A DNA stretch of 64,000 nt, taken from NCBI GenBank assembly GCA_963827165.1, contig CAWGZR010000005.1, positions 832,001 through 896,000 of the forward strand, in the 5' to 3' direction. Positions 53,622-64,000 of this stretch are shown here, one piece after another; the stretch's first letter is position 1; every line of letters begins with the position of its first letter. The stretch is from Candidatus Bathyarchaeota archaeon (GTDB lineage: Archaea > Thermoproteota > Bathyarchaeia > Bathyarchaeales > Bathycorpusculaceae). The position numbers were made by a program, and so were the translations under genes. Under the pieces are notes generated by a model, which saw nothing but the letters and a program-made list of their open reading frames with translations, was not told where the DNA came from and ran no database searches.

Positions 53622-53890
53622 ATGCCGTTAGATCAAAACGTAACCTTCCCAGCCGTACTTGAAAAAGGAAACAGAGCACAAATTCCAAAAACAATCGTAT
53701 GGCAATTCAAAATGGAATCCACCCAAACCCTCCAAGTCGCTATAAGTGGGCGAGGCGGCTACGAAAATTTCTGCGCAAAAAATGGGCAAAGACGGTGCAT
53801 ATACGTTCCGAAAAATATTCTATTCACGTTATTTGGAAAAGCGGGCAATCTAACAGGTACGCTGTGGAAATAACGATTCAGCCCGCTTAA
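53622..53890 (+). CDS. small tandem AbrB/SpoVT-fold (MraZ-like architecture) DNA-binding protein; indels
   Basis: Unit 1 FPAVLEKGNRAQIPK..QFKMESTQTLQVAI. Unit 2, after indel repair, FCAKMGKDG-IYVPK..G-YAVEITIQPA*. Confidence 0.6.
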
Positions 53891-53955
53891 AAGGTTCCGA
53901 GAGGTTACGAATGTTTTATCAATTAATTCCGCAATAGATACCGCTGCGAAACCTC

Positions 53956-54514
53956 TTGCAATACAAAACCGCTGCGTTGAAGAATGGGCGAACCGCGCAT
54001 TTGAGTTGGCTAGAGGAACCTGAGCTGCCCTGAACTCGTCGAGGCGTTAAACAGTGTGATTCGGGAACAAAGGTACCTGCTGCAACTCCGCGAGATACAT
54101 GACCTGTTAGCAGAGCAGCGGTGGTTTCTGGAAACCCGGGAAGAAGGAATGCGCTACCTCGTTGCCAAATTGGAGGGCAAAATAGTGGGCGGAGCAACCC
54201 TGACCCCTCTCACAGGTAAAAGAGAACACATCGCCGAATTCGGCATCTTCATAACCCAAAGCTACCGTAACCTTGGACTCGGAACCATCCTTACAAAGGC
54301 GCTAATCGAAGTCTCCCGCAAGAGCGGATTCGAAATCATCCAACTCTCTTTATTCTCTAACAACAAGCGAGCTAGACACGTCTACAAAAAATGCGGCTTC
54401 AAAAAAGCTGGAAAGCTTACCGACGACATCAAATTCCCAGACGGAACCTACACAGACACAATCATAATGGAAAAAATTTTACATCAAATAAAATCCAAGA
54501 AAAATAAGCCTTAA
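53956..54514 (+). CDS. GNAT-family acetyltransferase; frameshift near 54030
   Basis: EFGIFITQSYRNLGLGT, NNKRARHVYKKCGF; upstream frame LQYKTAALKNGRTAHL. Confidence 0.85.
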
Positions 54515-54622
54515 TCCTCCAAGATTTTAGCAAACAACTAGAGCTCGCGGCATTAGTCGAAGGACTGGACAAATAGCAAACCTTGAAACGGAAGGCGAAC
54601 GAAAAGAATACAACTTAAAACT

Positions 54623-55033
54623 TCACCTATTACGCTGCAATTCTTCTTCTTCGCTTGCCAAAACTCTGATTTCTGCTTCAAACTGATTTGTTTCTTCAAA
54701 ATTATGTCTCATCAAACGCACATAATCGTTTAACGTGACCTTGGAAAATATATGTTCACTAGCAACATATTCATTGCCTCTGAGTTTTGCATATAGATTT
54801 TGCATAGACATAATCTCAAGATATTTGGCCCCCAAACCCAAAAGCCTCTTCAAAGCTTCAGAAAAAACGTTTATTTTGTTTGGGATTTCTTGTTTTTTAA
54901 TGTTGAATTTCGTTTCTATGTAAATGTATGTTGCTTTTTTTGGTTTTTCACCTAAGGACGAAAGTGCCTCATCAATTGATTCAAGCAGTAATTCATTGAA
55001 CTTACTTTCACTTAAGGCGGTTTGCGAAGCCAT
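54623..55033 (-). CDS. conserved archaeal hypothetical protein
   Basis: LLESIDEALSSLGE..FSEALKRLLGLGAKYLE helical pattern. Confidence 0.65.
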   Translation of the reverse strand: MASQTALSESKFNELLLESIDEALSSLGEKPKKATYIYIETKFNIKKQEIPNKINVFSEALKRLLGLGAKYLEIMSMQNLYAKLRGNEYVASEHIFSKVTLNDYVRLMRHNFEETNQFEAEIRVLASEEEELQRNR

Positions 55034-55278
55034 TGGTAGCCCAGTTCTCGGGTTATTTGCTCGGAAAACTATATAGAATTTATGAATCTCAAATATGACG
55101 TGTTCCTAAACTAATCGAGTTTAATTCCATTTTTCCTCTTTCTTGTTGTTAGTGGTACATTGCAACGCACAAATAATTCCCTTACAGTACATTTGGGCTG
55201 TAGAAAACTTTGGAAACTCGGATGAATTTTTCCTCCGTTTCCCATGTGTGTTGCTGTTTTTATGGCTTTTGCGGTTTT

Positions 55279-56139
55279 TTAGGCGGTTTGCATCATCGGC
55301 GCTTTTTCTGGGGGCATCATTTTTCCTTCTACGAATGCGAGTAGATCTTCGTTGACTTGTTGTTTGTGCGTGGTGCACATGCCGTGGGGGGCGCCCGGGT
55401 AAACTTTTAGAGTTGCGTTTTTGATGATTTTGGATGAAAGCATCGCTGAGTCAGCGATTGGGACAATTTGGTCGGCGTCGCCATGCAGAATCATCGTTGG
55501 CACATCGATTCTTTTCAAGTCTTCAGTCATGTCAGTTTCCGAGAAGGCTTTGACACAGAAATAAGCAGCGGGGAACCCAGCCATCATCCCCATATGCCAG
55601 AACCAGTCTCGAACTTCCTGGGAAATCTGCGCGCCGGGTAGATTGTACCCGAAGAACGGCATACTCAGGTCCCTGAAGAATTTCGATCTATCGGCAACGA
55701 TAGCTGCGCGTTGTTGGTCAAAAATCTCAATTGGTAAACCGCCTGGGTTCGCCGCAGTTTTCAGCATCAGGGGTGGCACTGCGCCGATTAGTACGGCTTT
55801 TGATACGCGTTTGGTTCCGTGTCTTCCTATGTAGCGGGCAACTTCGCCGCCGCCTGTTGAGTGCCCTACTAAAACTGCGTTTTTGATGTTGAGTTTCTCC
55901 ATGAGTTCGGAGAGATCGTCGGCGTATGTATCCATGTCGTTCCCTTCCCAGGGTTGGGTTGAGCGTCCGTGTCCGCGTCGATCATGGGCTATGCAGCGGT
56001 AACCGTGGGATGCGAGGAAAAACATTTGGTCTTCAAAAGCATCTGAGTTAAGCGGCCAACCGTGGCAGAAAACTATCGGCTGTCCACTGCCCCAATCTTT
56101 GTAGAAAAGTTCAGCGCCATTGACAATTATTTTTGCCAT
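55279..56139 (-). CDS. non-heme chloroperoxidase-like alpha/beta hydrolase
   Basis: [41 protein letters not shown]. Confidence 0.93.
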   Translation of the reverse strand: MAKIIVNGAELFYKDWGSGQPIVFCHGWPLNSDAFEDQMFFLASHGYRCIAHDRRGHGRSTQPWEGNDMDTYADDLSELMEKLNIKNAVLVGHSTGGGEVARYIGRHGTKRVSKAVLIGAVPPLMLKTAANPGGLPIEIFDQQRAAIVADRSKFFRDLSMPFFGYNLPGAQISQEVRDWFWHMGMMAGFPAAYFCVKAFSETDMTEDLKRIDVPTMILHGDADQIVPIADSAMLSSKIIKNATLKVYPGAPHGMCTTHKQQVNEDLLAFVEGKMMPPEKAPMMQTA

Positions 56140-56295
56140 TTCGAAAAACTCCTTTTTTCAATCAGAAGAAGCCCAGCAACGGATTTTAGGGTATGTTGGT
56201 TCAGCTTGCAGTCACAACTGAGTGTTTTCGTGGTTTTTGCGCAAAAAATATATCTTTGCTTGGCTTCTTCGATGGGGGTTAAAGGGTAAGGCTAA

Positions 56296-57810
56296 TTGTC
56301 CAAACAAGTTAAAACTCGAACGGTAGAAGAGATTAACGAGAAAATCCGCAAGGGCGACGCGCAGGTTTTAACCGCTGAAGAGATGAAGCAGTTGGTGGAA
56401 AGCAGCGGAGTTGAGGTTGCATTTAAAGAAGTTGATGTGGTTACAACTGGAACTTTCGGCGCCATGTGCAGCAGCGGAGCAGTTATTAACCTTGGGCATT
56501 CTGATCCGCCCATCAAAATTGACCATGCTTGGATGAATGATGTGGAAGTTTGTCACCCGGGAGCCGCAGTGGACCTTTACATCGGGGCAACTAACATGTC
56601 CCTTAAGCAGCCGTTTGAGTACGGCGGAGGACACGTCATCCAAGAACTCGTGGCGGGAAAAGAAGTTGAACTTAGGGCGACGGCTTACGGAACCGACTGC
56701 TACCCCCGTACCCAGCTTAAAACCAACATTACAAAGGATGACCTTAACCAGTTTCAGCTCCTTAACTTCCGAAACTGCTACCAACGCTACAACTGCGCAG
56801 TCAACACCAGCGAAGAAACAATTTACACTTACATGAGCAAGCTTTTGCCAAGGATGCGAAACGCCACATTTTCTGGTGCAGGCGAATTGAACCCCCTTAT
56901 GAATGATCCTGACTACGAAACCATTGGCATGGGCACCCGAATCTTCCTCGGCGGCGGACAAGGCTACGTCATCGGCGAGGGAACCCAGCATAGCCCCAAA
57001 AATCTTAATGGCACCCTGATGGTGAAGGGAGACGCGAAGAAGATGTCTCCTGAGTTTTTGCAGGGCGGTGCATTCACAAGGTATGGCACATCCATGTACG
57101 TCGGATTAGGAATCCCAATCCCCATTTTGAACGAGGGTTTAGCGAAGAAAACTGGGATTCGGGACAGCGAAATCTTCACCGACGTGGTCGACTACAGCGT
57201 GCCACGCCGAGACCGCCCCAAACTTAAGCAGGTAAGCTACAAAGAACTCAAATCTGGTTCAATAACCGTCAACGACAAAAAAATAAGGGTCAGCAGCCTT
57301 TCTAGCATAAAGATGGCGAAAAAGGTTAGCCAGACACTGAAATCATGGATTGAAGACGGCTCTTTCTTTCTGACTTCTCCCATTGAACGTTTGCCTATTA
57401 ACAGCGTGTTTAAGCCAATGCGTCAGACCGAAGAAATTCCGTTTGTTGTCAACGTTATGCATCATGCGGTCACATGCACTGAGGAAGAAGAGATCCGCGC
57501 CATTGCGGAGCGCATCGTCACGAAATCGGTTAACCACATCGTTGTCATTGACACGGCAGGCAAACTTCGCGGCATAGTGACCTCGTGGGACATCACAAGA
57601 GCCATGGCTGAAGGCAAAAAAGCTTTAGCCGACATCGAAACCCACAACGTCTTCACCGCTAAACCAGACGAGCCGCTTGAGGTAGCTTCTAAACGTATGG
57701 CGCAGCACAACATCTCTGCGTTGCCGGTGGTGGACATGGAGACGAAGGTGCTGGGAATTGTAACTTCGGAAGATGTTTCTAAACTTTTAGGACGGGAAAA
57801 GCCATGGTGA
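56296..57810 (+). CDS. L-aspartate-semialdehyde sulfurtransferase (homocysteine synthesis, MA1821/DUF39 type) with CBS pair
   Basis: VDVVTTGTFGAMCSSG, RNCYQRY, GELNPLMNDP, IGMGTRIFLGG, GEGTQH; C-terminal CBS domains. Confidence 0.9.
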   Translation: MSKQVKTRTVEEINEKIRKGDAQVLTAEEMKQLVESSGVEVAFKEVDVVTTGTFGAMCSSGAVINLGHSDPPIKIDHAWMNDVEVCHPGAAVDLYIGATNMSLKQPFEYGGGHVIQELVAGKEVELRATAYGTDCYPRTQLKTNITKDDLNQFQLLNFRNCYQRYNCAVNTSEETIYTYMSKLLPRMRNATFSGAGELNPLMNDPDYETIGMGTRIFLGGGQGYVIGEGTQHSPKNLNGTLMVKGDAKKMSPEFLQGGAFTRYGTSMYVGLGIPIPILNEGLAKKTGIRDSEIFTDVVDYSVPRRDRPKLKQVSYKELKSGSITVNDKKIRVSSLSSIKMAKKVSQTLKSWIEDGSFFLTSPIERLPINSVFKPMRQTEEIPFVVNVMHHAVTCTEEEEIRAIAERIVTKSVNHIVVIDTAGKLRGIVTSWDITRAMAEGKKALADIETHNVFTAKPDEPLEVASKRMAQHNISALPVVDMETKVLGIVTSEDVSKLLGREKPW

Positions 57811-58238
57811 GACTTCTCTTACGATTCACGGAAGAGCAGGTACCTGAGCCTGTAACCAGCCAAATAATCTTAGAATACAAAGTGCCAATCGCAATATTGG
57901 TCGCTCACGTAAACTCCAAAGGCGGAGAAATCCTTGCTGAAATCCCAGACAAAGACCAAGAAAGAATAGTTAAAGCTTTCAGAGAAAGAGGCGTCAGCGT
58001 AACCATCCCCAAACTCATCGAGGTAGACACCGAGAAATGCTTCAGCTGCGGCTCATGCGTCGCGCTTTGCCCCGTGGAAGCCATAAAAGTCGAGAAAGAC
58101 TTCACCATAAAGTTTGACAAGGAAAAATGCCTCGGCAGCACCTGCAGCATCTGCGTGGACGCTTGCCCGGCAAGAGCCATAAAATCTGTCAAGCAAACCA
58201 ACGGGGATCAATCAGCCCACAAGGCAAAGCAAAGTTGA
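57804..58238 (+). CDS. NIL domain plus 2x[4Fe-4S] ferredoxin (MA1822 type)
   Basis: CFSCGSCVALCP and CLGSTCSICVDACP; overlaps the upstream gene. Confidence 0.88.
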   Translation: MVRLLLRFTEEQVPEPVTSQIILEYKVPIAILVAHVNSKGGEILAEIPDKDQERIVKAFRERGVSVTIPKLIEVDTEKCFSCGSCVALCPVEAIKVEKDFTIKFDKEKCLGSTCSICVDACPARAIKSVKQTNGDQSAHKAKQS

Positions 58239-58939
58239 CAAAAAACCTCATCAAACACAGCTTCAGACAAGAAGAGTCTATGTGCACCATAATTTCTGAC
58301 AAGCCGCAAGGCGTAGAGGCAGCCATAGAATCCGTCAGCCACAGCCGAAGGGAACTCGAAATTTATATAAAAGCAAACCCCAGGTTCCTCTATGCTCTCA
58401 AGCCGTACCAGCCACCGCAGAAGCCTCTGGTAGCGAAATTGATGGCCAAAGCCGCGGGGAAGGCAGGGGTCGGCCCTATGGCAGCCGTTGCGGGGGCAAT
58501 AGCGGATTTGGCCGTCGCAGAGATGAAGCGCGTGGGATGCGAGGTGGCGGTGGTGGAGGACGGAGGAGAAATTTCTGCAGCTTCAAACGTGCCTGTAGAC
58601 GTGGCAGTCGCTGCTGGAGACGAACCGTTGTCGAGGCGCTTTGGCTTTCGGCTTACAGAATTTCCCATCGGTGTCGCGACAAGTTCAGGACGATTCAGCC
58701 ACGCTCTAAGTTTCGGGGATGCTGAGGCCGCCACGGTTTTCTGCAAGAACGCCTGTTTGGCGGATGCGGCAGCCACAGCTGTCGGCAATGCAGTCAAGGG
58801 CTCCGAAGCAGACGCGGGGATTAAGGCGGGTATCAAACGGGGAATGAGCATCAAAGGTGTCGAAAGCGTTTTGATAATTTATAAAGGAAAGGTTGGAATG
58901 GCGGGTAAAATCCCCGAAATAATCAAGATAAAAACCTAA
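58235..58939 (+). CDS. UPF0280/ApbE-like protein (MA1715 type)
   Basis: VGPMAAVAGAIAD, EDGGEI, GVATSSG..HALSFG, ADAAATAVGN. Confidence 0.88.
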   Translation: MTKNLIKHSFRQEESMCTIISDKPQGVEAAIESVSHSRRELEIYIKANPRFLYALKPYQPPQKPLVAKLMAKAAGKAGVGPMAAVAGAIADLAVAEMKRVGCEVAVVEDGGEISAASNVPVDVAVAAGDEPLSRRFGFRLTEFPIGVATSSGRFSHALSFGDAEAATVFCKNACLADAAATAVGNAVKGSEADAGIKAGIKRGMSIKGVESVLIIYKGKVGMAGKIPEIIKIKT

Positions 58940-59146
58940 AACTGGTATGCGCCCCTTTTTGCGGAATCTTTCGGTTTGGGAGCCTCGCTCGTTTGATTCT
59001 TGGGTTCTTGACGGGTTTCACTGATTCTTCTTCGGTCGGTTTTTTTTGAAAATACGTAAGCTTAAAGAACTTTGCCTGGCAAGAAGAGCCGCATAAAAGC
59101 AGACAAGATACCGCGCCCCAAAAAACTTTGAAGCCAGCTGAACAGC

Positions 59147-61267
59147 ATGCCCAAACCCTTAAACTTGAACAAAACAGCCACGCTGGTTCTAATGGTCCTT
59201 CTACTTCTCAGCTGTTTCACTAGTGCCCTAACCTTCACAAATGGGCAACAACCGAGTTTTCCTACGCAGCCTATTGGTTCCGCAGCTGAAATTGCATCTT
59301 TGGAAGTCAACATAACAGCCAATGGCGGCTGGAACAGTAGTTTGCAAACAATTTATGACGGGATCACTCTGGGTCAAACCACGGTGGCGGATCTTCAAGA
59401 TGCGGTCGATTCGGTCAACATCACCTCGACTTCTGCGGCTGAAACCGTGTTCTACTGGTACTTTGAACTAAGCAAATTCGGGGTTCCCATCAACGCGACA
59501 ACTATTGAGGCAGCGCTAAATGAAACGACTATGTTGCCTGGCATCGGCGGGTTACCCGACGATTATTCTAACTCGGGCACCGCGTCTTTTCTCGTTTACG
59601 AGCGGTACGATTTGTTCGCGTATCGATGGGCCGACCAGCTGGGTTATGAAACATCCAAATGGAATCTCACTCAGGCGTACACTGTATTTAACAAAGGTGT
59701 AGCTGACTATGGTAAACCTGTTCTTTGTGTAGGGTCTAACGGGCAGGGTTGGGGAATAAGTTACGGACCGAGGTACTACGATGAAAGCGCTGAAACGATT
59801 GATATATATCTGACTTTTTGGCTCCTCGGAGTATCTGACGCGCTTTCTCAGGCTCAGTACTGGTGGAATTGGGTTAGCGCCAACCTTTGGGATACAACGG
59901 GCTACCCCCTAGGAAGCTTTTACAAATACGCGCTTGATTGGACAGCTTTTGAATGCGAAGCTGGCAGCTTTGACCAGATTATCTCGAAGCTCTACTACTA
60001 TGACCCAACCATCTCAAATATGACCAATTTGTATACTGACATGGAAACTAGGTGGCTTAGCCAAAACTGGAGCAGCCCCGGATGGCTTAACTATGTCAGC
60101 GTTCATGCTACGGGCGTCGGTAGTGGCGGGGGCAACTCACAGGAGCGTCTTGAGAACACTATATCAGCTTGGGCTGCTATGATAGGATTTTACGGCAACA
60201 TGACAAGTACGATGCAGAGCCAGGTGGACGGCATGTTAGACGGTTCGACAGGTCCAGCCCCAGCGTGGAGTTTACTTTTCCAAAGTGAACTTTACGATAA
60301 CTTCACAGGCATGTTCATGTTGCAATCTTCCGCATCCGACAGCATCGAGGCAACTGCGGACGCAGCCGTACTGATAATGCTCCTGTCAACAGTCCCGGTG
60401 AACGGGTCTTTAGCTGTACCAATGGCTGATTCCTGGTACGAGGATATCAACAACATTATTGACGGCGGAATCAGCAACATAAATTATACTAGCCAAACTG
60501 TTACGGTAAGTGTTGCACAACCGGGAACTTTCCTTTCGATGTTTGGAACAAACATTTTCGAGTACAACTTAGACAGCTCTGGGGTTTGGCAACTGACATT
60601 CTCAAACGACTGGAACAGCATTATCTCTGAAACTCTTTTGACGCCGCTTCCCAGTTCAAGAATCTATCTTGGAACAACCAACGTAGGCGCCCTTACGATT
60701 TTTGCCTCAAACGACGGCAACAGCACGATAAATCCCTCGGGCATAGTCAGCATAAACTATGGCGGCAACCAAACATTCACTTACTCCGCTGACGGCGGCT
60801 ACACAATTAATCAAGTTTTAGTTAACGGCTTCTCAGTCCCCATAACAGGAAACTACACTTTTACAGATGTTCAGATGAACCAGACTATTTCCGTATCAAG
60901 TTCTCCAGTTCCAATCCCAACGCCCAGTCCAACTCCTTTGCCTTCATCGACGCCGACCCCCTCGCCAACTCCTTTCCAGAGTCCCTTGCCAACCCCCTCT
61001 CCAACGCAGAATCCCTCACCGATACCAACTCTCTCCCCCACAGCCAGCCCAACCCCCTCGCCAACGCAAACTCCAACGTCCTCGCCAACTCTGACCCCGA
61101 CCTCAACCTCTGCCCCGTCAAAGTCGAGCTCCTCGCTGCTCTCTATTCCATTGCCGGAATTTTTGGGAGTCCTAATCTTTGTAGCTGCAGTTCTTTTCTT
61201 CTCAATGTTAATGCTTTACGTCAAATCGCGGAAAAATGGTTTGGCGATTGAAAAAAAGCAGCTTTAG
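59147..61267 (+). CDS. secreted cell-surface protein: aromatic-rich catalytic-like domain, beta repeat, Pro/Thr/Ser linker, PEF motif and TM
   Basis: Signal peptide; RYYDE and FECE segments; (PTPS)n linker ~60905-61120; LPEF-TM-KSRK. Confidence 0.8.
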   Translation: MPKPLNLNKTATLVLMVLLLLSCFTSALTFTNGQQPSFPTQPIGSAAEIASLEVNITANGGWNSSLQTIYDGITLGQTTVADLQDAVDSVNITSTSAAETVFYWYFELSKFGVPINATTIEAALNETTMLPGIGGLPDDYSNSGTASFLVYERYDLFAYRWADQLGYETSKWNLTQAYTVFNKGVADYGKPVLCVGSNGQGWGISYGPRYYDESAETIDIYLTFWLLGVSDALSQAQYWWNWVSANLWDTTGYPLGSFYKYALDWTAFECEAGSFDQIISKLYYYDPTISNMTNLYTDMETRWLSQNWSSPGWLNYVSVHATGVGSGGGNSQERLENTISAWAAMIGFYGNMTSTMQSQVDGMLDGSTGPAPAWSLLFQSELYDNFTGMFMLQSSASDSIEATADAAVLIMLLSTVPVNGSLAVPMADSWYEDINNIIDGGISNINYTSQTVTVSVAQPGTFLSMFGTNIFEYNLDSSGVWQLTFSNDWNSIISETLLTPLPSSRIYLGTTNVGALTIFASNDGNSTINPSGIVSINYGGNQTFTYSADGGYTINQVLVNGFSVPITGNYTFTDVQMNQTISVSSSPVPIPTPSPTPLPSSTPTPSPTPFQSPLPTPSPTQNPSPIPTLSPTASPTPSPTQTPTSSPTLTPTSTSAPSKSSSSLLSIPLPEFLGVLIFVAAVLFFSMLMLYVKSRKNGLAIEKKQL

Positions 61268-61454
61268 CCAGCTTTTTTGAAGCACGTGATGAGGAGGCGT
61301 TTTCGAAGGCGGAAACCTCGGAGGTTAAAACATAAACGCGATGTTTCTGCGGGTCTAAAACGGCTGTTCTAGCCGTTGGAAAACGGTGAAACCCCGTTTG
61401 GTTTATGAAAACTCTTAAATTATACAATTCCCAACTGAATGCAAGGTCTCTTTC

Positions 61455-62468
61455 ATGTCATCAGACACTAACAAGTGTGAAATCCAAAGCTATGACGATA
61501 AAGAAAAAATGTTCCTTGTTAAGTCACCCAACGGAAACGTCGTGAAGGTTCAGGACACCTTTGCAGAAATGTTCCCTCTTTGGGTTGGAAGAGTTTTAAT
61601 CACAGCTCAAAATGAGAAATGGGCACTTATCGCCGCCAGCTTAACCACCGGTTTCGCCACAAGCGTCATTGAGGCGACTGCTGAAGCAGCAATAGAGAGG
61701 CCTGTTCCAGCTGACCAAACCCCTGACAAGCGACCCGGTATACTTATTCAAATTTATAATCGCGATCGTTTTGAACTCAAACATCAGCTCATGCAGCGTA
61801 TTGGCCAATGCACTTTGACGTGCCCAACAACCTCTGCTTTCAACGGTTTAGTCGGTAAACGCACATTAGATGTTGGTAATAGTCTTCGCTACTTCGGCGA
61901 CGGGTACCAGAGAAAAGCCATGGTTGGCGGAAGAAAATGCTGGAAAATTCCCGTGATGGAAGGCGAATTCATAGTTGAAAACGGTTTTGGCGCTATGGAG
62001 GCAGTTGCAGGCGGCAACTTCATGATTTTTGCGAAAGATCAGCCTTCAGGATTGAAGGCGGCTGAAGCAGCAGCAGACGCAATCCGTGCAAACGCTCCTG
62101 ACGTAATCATGCAGTTCCCCGGTGGAGTCTGCCGGGCAGGAAGCAAAGCTGGCTCGCTCAAATACAAACTTAAAGCTTCAACTAACCACCCGTATTGCCC
62201 AACACTTCGTACACTTGTTCCCGACACGGTCGTTCCAGAGGGCGTAAACTGCGTTTACGAAATCGTCATGAACGGGTTGACTTTGGATGCTGTGAAGAAA
62301 GGCATGAAAGAGGGTGTAACCGCGGCTCTAGGCGTGTCAGGTGTGGTCAAGATTTCGTCTGGCAACTACGGTGGAAAACTGGGTCCCTTCAAGGCTTACC
62401 TTCGGGAAGCCATTGGTGCTCCAATGCCCGAGCCAGCGCCGGCACCGCCAGCAAAGGCTAAAGCCTAA
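61455..62468 (+). CDS. ftr: formylmethanofuran:tetrahydromethanopterin formyltransferase
   Basis: DTFAEMF, TGFATSVI, TPDKRPG, RIGQCTLTCPTT, GGNF, ASTNHPYCP, GNYGGKLG. Confidence 0.95.
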   Translation: MSSDTNKCEIQSYDDKEKMFLVKSPNGNVVKVQDTFAEMFPLWVGRVLITAQNEKWALIAASLTTGFATSVIEATAEAAIERPVPADQTPDKRPGILIQIYNRDRFELKHQLMQRIGQCTLTCPTTSAFNGLVGKRTLDVGNSLRYFGDGYQRKAMVGGRKCWKIPVMEGEFIVENGFGAMEAVAGGNFMIFAKDQPSGLKAAEAAADAIRANAPDVIMQFPGGVCRAGSKAGSLKYKLKASTNHPYCPTLRTLVPDTVVPEGVNCVYEIVMNGLTLDAVKKGMKEGVTAALGVSGVVKISSGNYGGKLGPFKAYLREAIGAPMPEPAPAPPAKAKA

Positions 62469-62551
62469 CGTTCCGTTTTTGCGTCGGAACTTTTATTTGG
62501 TTCCTTTTAACGTTAGTTATTCCGATTAAAGACAGAATTTAGTGAAGTTGT

Positions 62552-63820
62552 TTGAGTACAGCCAAAAAATCGTCTCTTGAACTATTCCGCCTGCGAAAAA
62601 TGCTCAATTCCTTAGCGAATAAAGAGGGTAGCCACACTGAACTCATCACAGTTTATGTACCGCCAGGCAAGCAAATCAGCGATGCCTTAAACCTTCTTCG
62701 CAACGAATACGGAACGGCAAGCAACATAAAATCGAACGTTACACGTAAAAACGTACTGGACGCCATTACCAAGGCGCAGCAGAAACTCAAGCTCTTCAAA
62801 GACCCGGGCGAAAAAGGCATAGTTATCTTTACAGGTGCACTTCTACCGGAAGGTGGAGGACCAGGCACCGAACGCATGGAAGCATACGTTATTGTTCCAC
62901 CTGAGCCGATCAAGATTTTCCTATATCGCTGTGACTCACGTTTCCACACTGAGCATCTGCAGGAGATGCTGCGGGAGAAAGAAACATACGGTATCTTATT
63001 GGTGGATGCCAACAATGCCACCATCGCAACCCTGCAGGGCAAACGGCTAGACATCGTACGTCAAATGCATTCGGGCGTCACAGGTAAAACTAAAGCAGGT
63101 GGGCAGTCAGCTAGGCGATATGAACGTTTGCGGGACATGCAGCTTAATGAGTATTTTACCCGTGTTGCCGCTCATGCGGACGAAACTTTCCTGCCTATTG
63201 ACACTCTGAAAGGGATTATTCTTGGTGGTCCTGGTCCGACAAAATATGATTTTGAGAAAGGTAGCTACTTGAACTATCAGCTTAAAGACAAAATTCTCGA
63301 TATCGTTGACACTGCCTACGTGGAAGAGCAAGGCGTTAAAGAAGTTATGGACAAAGCACCTGAAATCATGAAGAAAGTTCGTTACATTGAAGAAAAAGCG
63401 ATTATGCAGAAATTTCTCTATGAAGTGGGCCACGACACGGGAATGATAACGTATGGCGAAGCTGAAGTTAGACGACTCCTTCAAGCTGGTGCAGTGCGTC
63501 TGCTTATTATGTCTGAAAGCTTGGATTTGGTTCGCGTTACCGTCAAATGCAGCGCATGCGGTTACGAGGAGCAGCACACCGTAAAAGCCCAGGACTTGGC
63601 GGCTTTCGAACAAGGACTCATCGGCAAACCCTGTGCAAAATGCAGCGCGCCATCCATGACAATTTCGGATAAGAAGGATGTTGTCGATGACTTGGGCGAA
63701 CTCGCAGAACTCTCCAACACGGACGTCGAAGTTGTTTCGACTGAGACTGAAGAGGGACAGATGCTTAAGAACGCTTTCGGCGGCATTGCTGCAATGCTTA
63801 GATTTAAACAGCAATCATAG
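62552..63820 (+). CDS. prf1: archaeal peptide chain release factor 1
   Basis: TASNIKS, YRCDSRF, GGQSARR, FGGIAAMLRF; Zn-ribbon insert. Confidence 0.97.
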   Translation: MSTAKKSSLELFRLRKMLNSLANKEGSHTELITVYVPPGKQISDALNLLRNEYGTASNIKSNVTRKNVLDAITKAQQKLKLFKDPGEKGIVIFTGALLPEGGGPGTERMEAYVIVPPEPIKIFLYRCDSRFHTEHLQEMLREKETYGILLVDANNATIATLQGKRLDIVRQMHSGVTGKTKAGGQSARRYERLRDMQLNEYFTRVAAHADETFLPIDTLKGIILGGPGPTKYDFEKGSYLNYQLKDKILDIVDTAYVEEQGVKEVMDKAPEIMKKVRYIEEKAIMQKFLYEVGHDTGMITYGEAEVRRLLQAGAVRLLIMSESLDLVRVTVKCSACGYEEQHTVKAQDLAAFEQGLIGKPCAKCSAPSMTISDKKDVVDDLGELAELSNTDVEVVSTETEEGQMLKNAFGGIAAMLRFKQQS

Positions 63821-64000
63821 GCGCAGAATATTTGTTTTTCAAGTTTACCTTGAAGTTGTCACGCTGCCGAACAGAAAAGTCCAAATTTCGCCTGCAACAA
63901 GATTGTTATGCTAAAAAAATTAGCTATTGGCAAAATTAAAAGGATTTTGGGGTAAGGTGAGGGGGTTTGCCCCTCCCTCTATTGAAGCTCAACTCTTTCC

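Noticed and set aside
60905-61120. C-rich tandem-like repeats
   Set aside because: Explained by the Pro/Thr/Ser linker of the surface protein
61285-61440. C/D-box sRNA (GTGATGA) before ftr; similar weak cases near 9347 and 45405
   Set aside because: No properly spaced complete set of C, D', C' and D boxes
1605-63914. Numerous antisense or overlapping ORFs in the ORF track (e.g. 1815..2318, 31264..31896, 63107..63814)
   Set aside because: Shadow frames of well-supported genes with no recognisable motifs, apart from the QueT-like first 30 codons noted separately

Overview
Archaeal chromosomal window, most consistent with Bathyarchaeia. This is inferred from archaeal aRF1, Ftr, MA1821/MA1822/UPF0280-type homocysteine genes, double Lrp/AsnC regulators and large membrane-anchored beta-propeller proteins. 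It carries rpiA, larE-larC/larB without larA, a five-gene alpha-glucan/trehalose block (malQ, treY, GH57/DUF3536, treZ, treT), lysC-hom-thrC, argG-argH-carA-carB, ftr and aRF1, plus many accessory surface and membrane genes. Many genes, including housekeeping carA, are split by single-base indels, which looks like long-read assembly error rather than true pseudogenisation. I found no rRNA, tRNA, CRISPR array, transposase or integrase. The most striking unexplained structure is a ~131-bp element present twice in inverted orientation (30705-30835 and 53453-53584). Each copy holds seven GACT(A) motifs at an exact 10-bp period. One copy sits 37 bp upstream of a small tandem-AbrB-fold gene, an arrangement that parallels bacterial MraZ and its 10-bp-phased operator. 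All calls come from reading the sequence and motifs by eye; no database searches were run.
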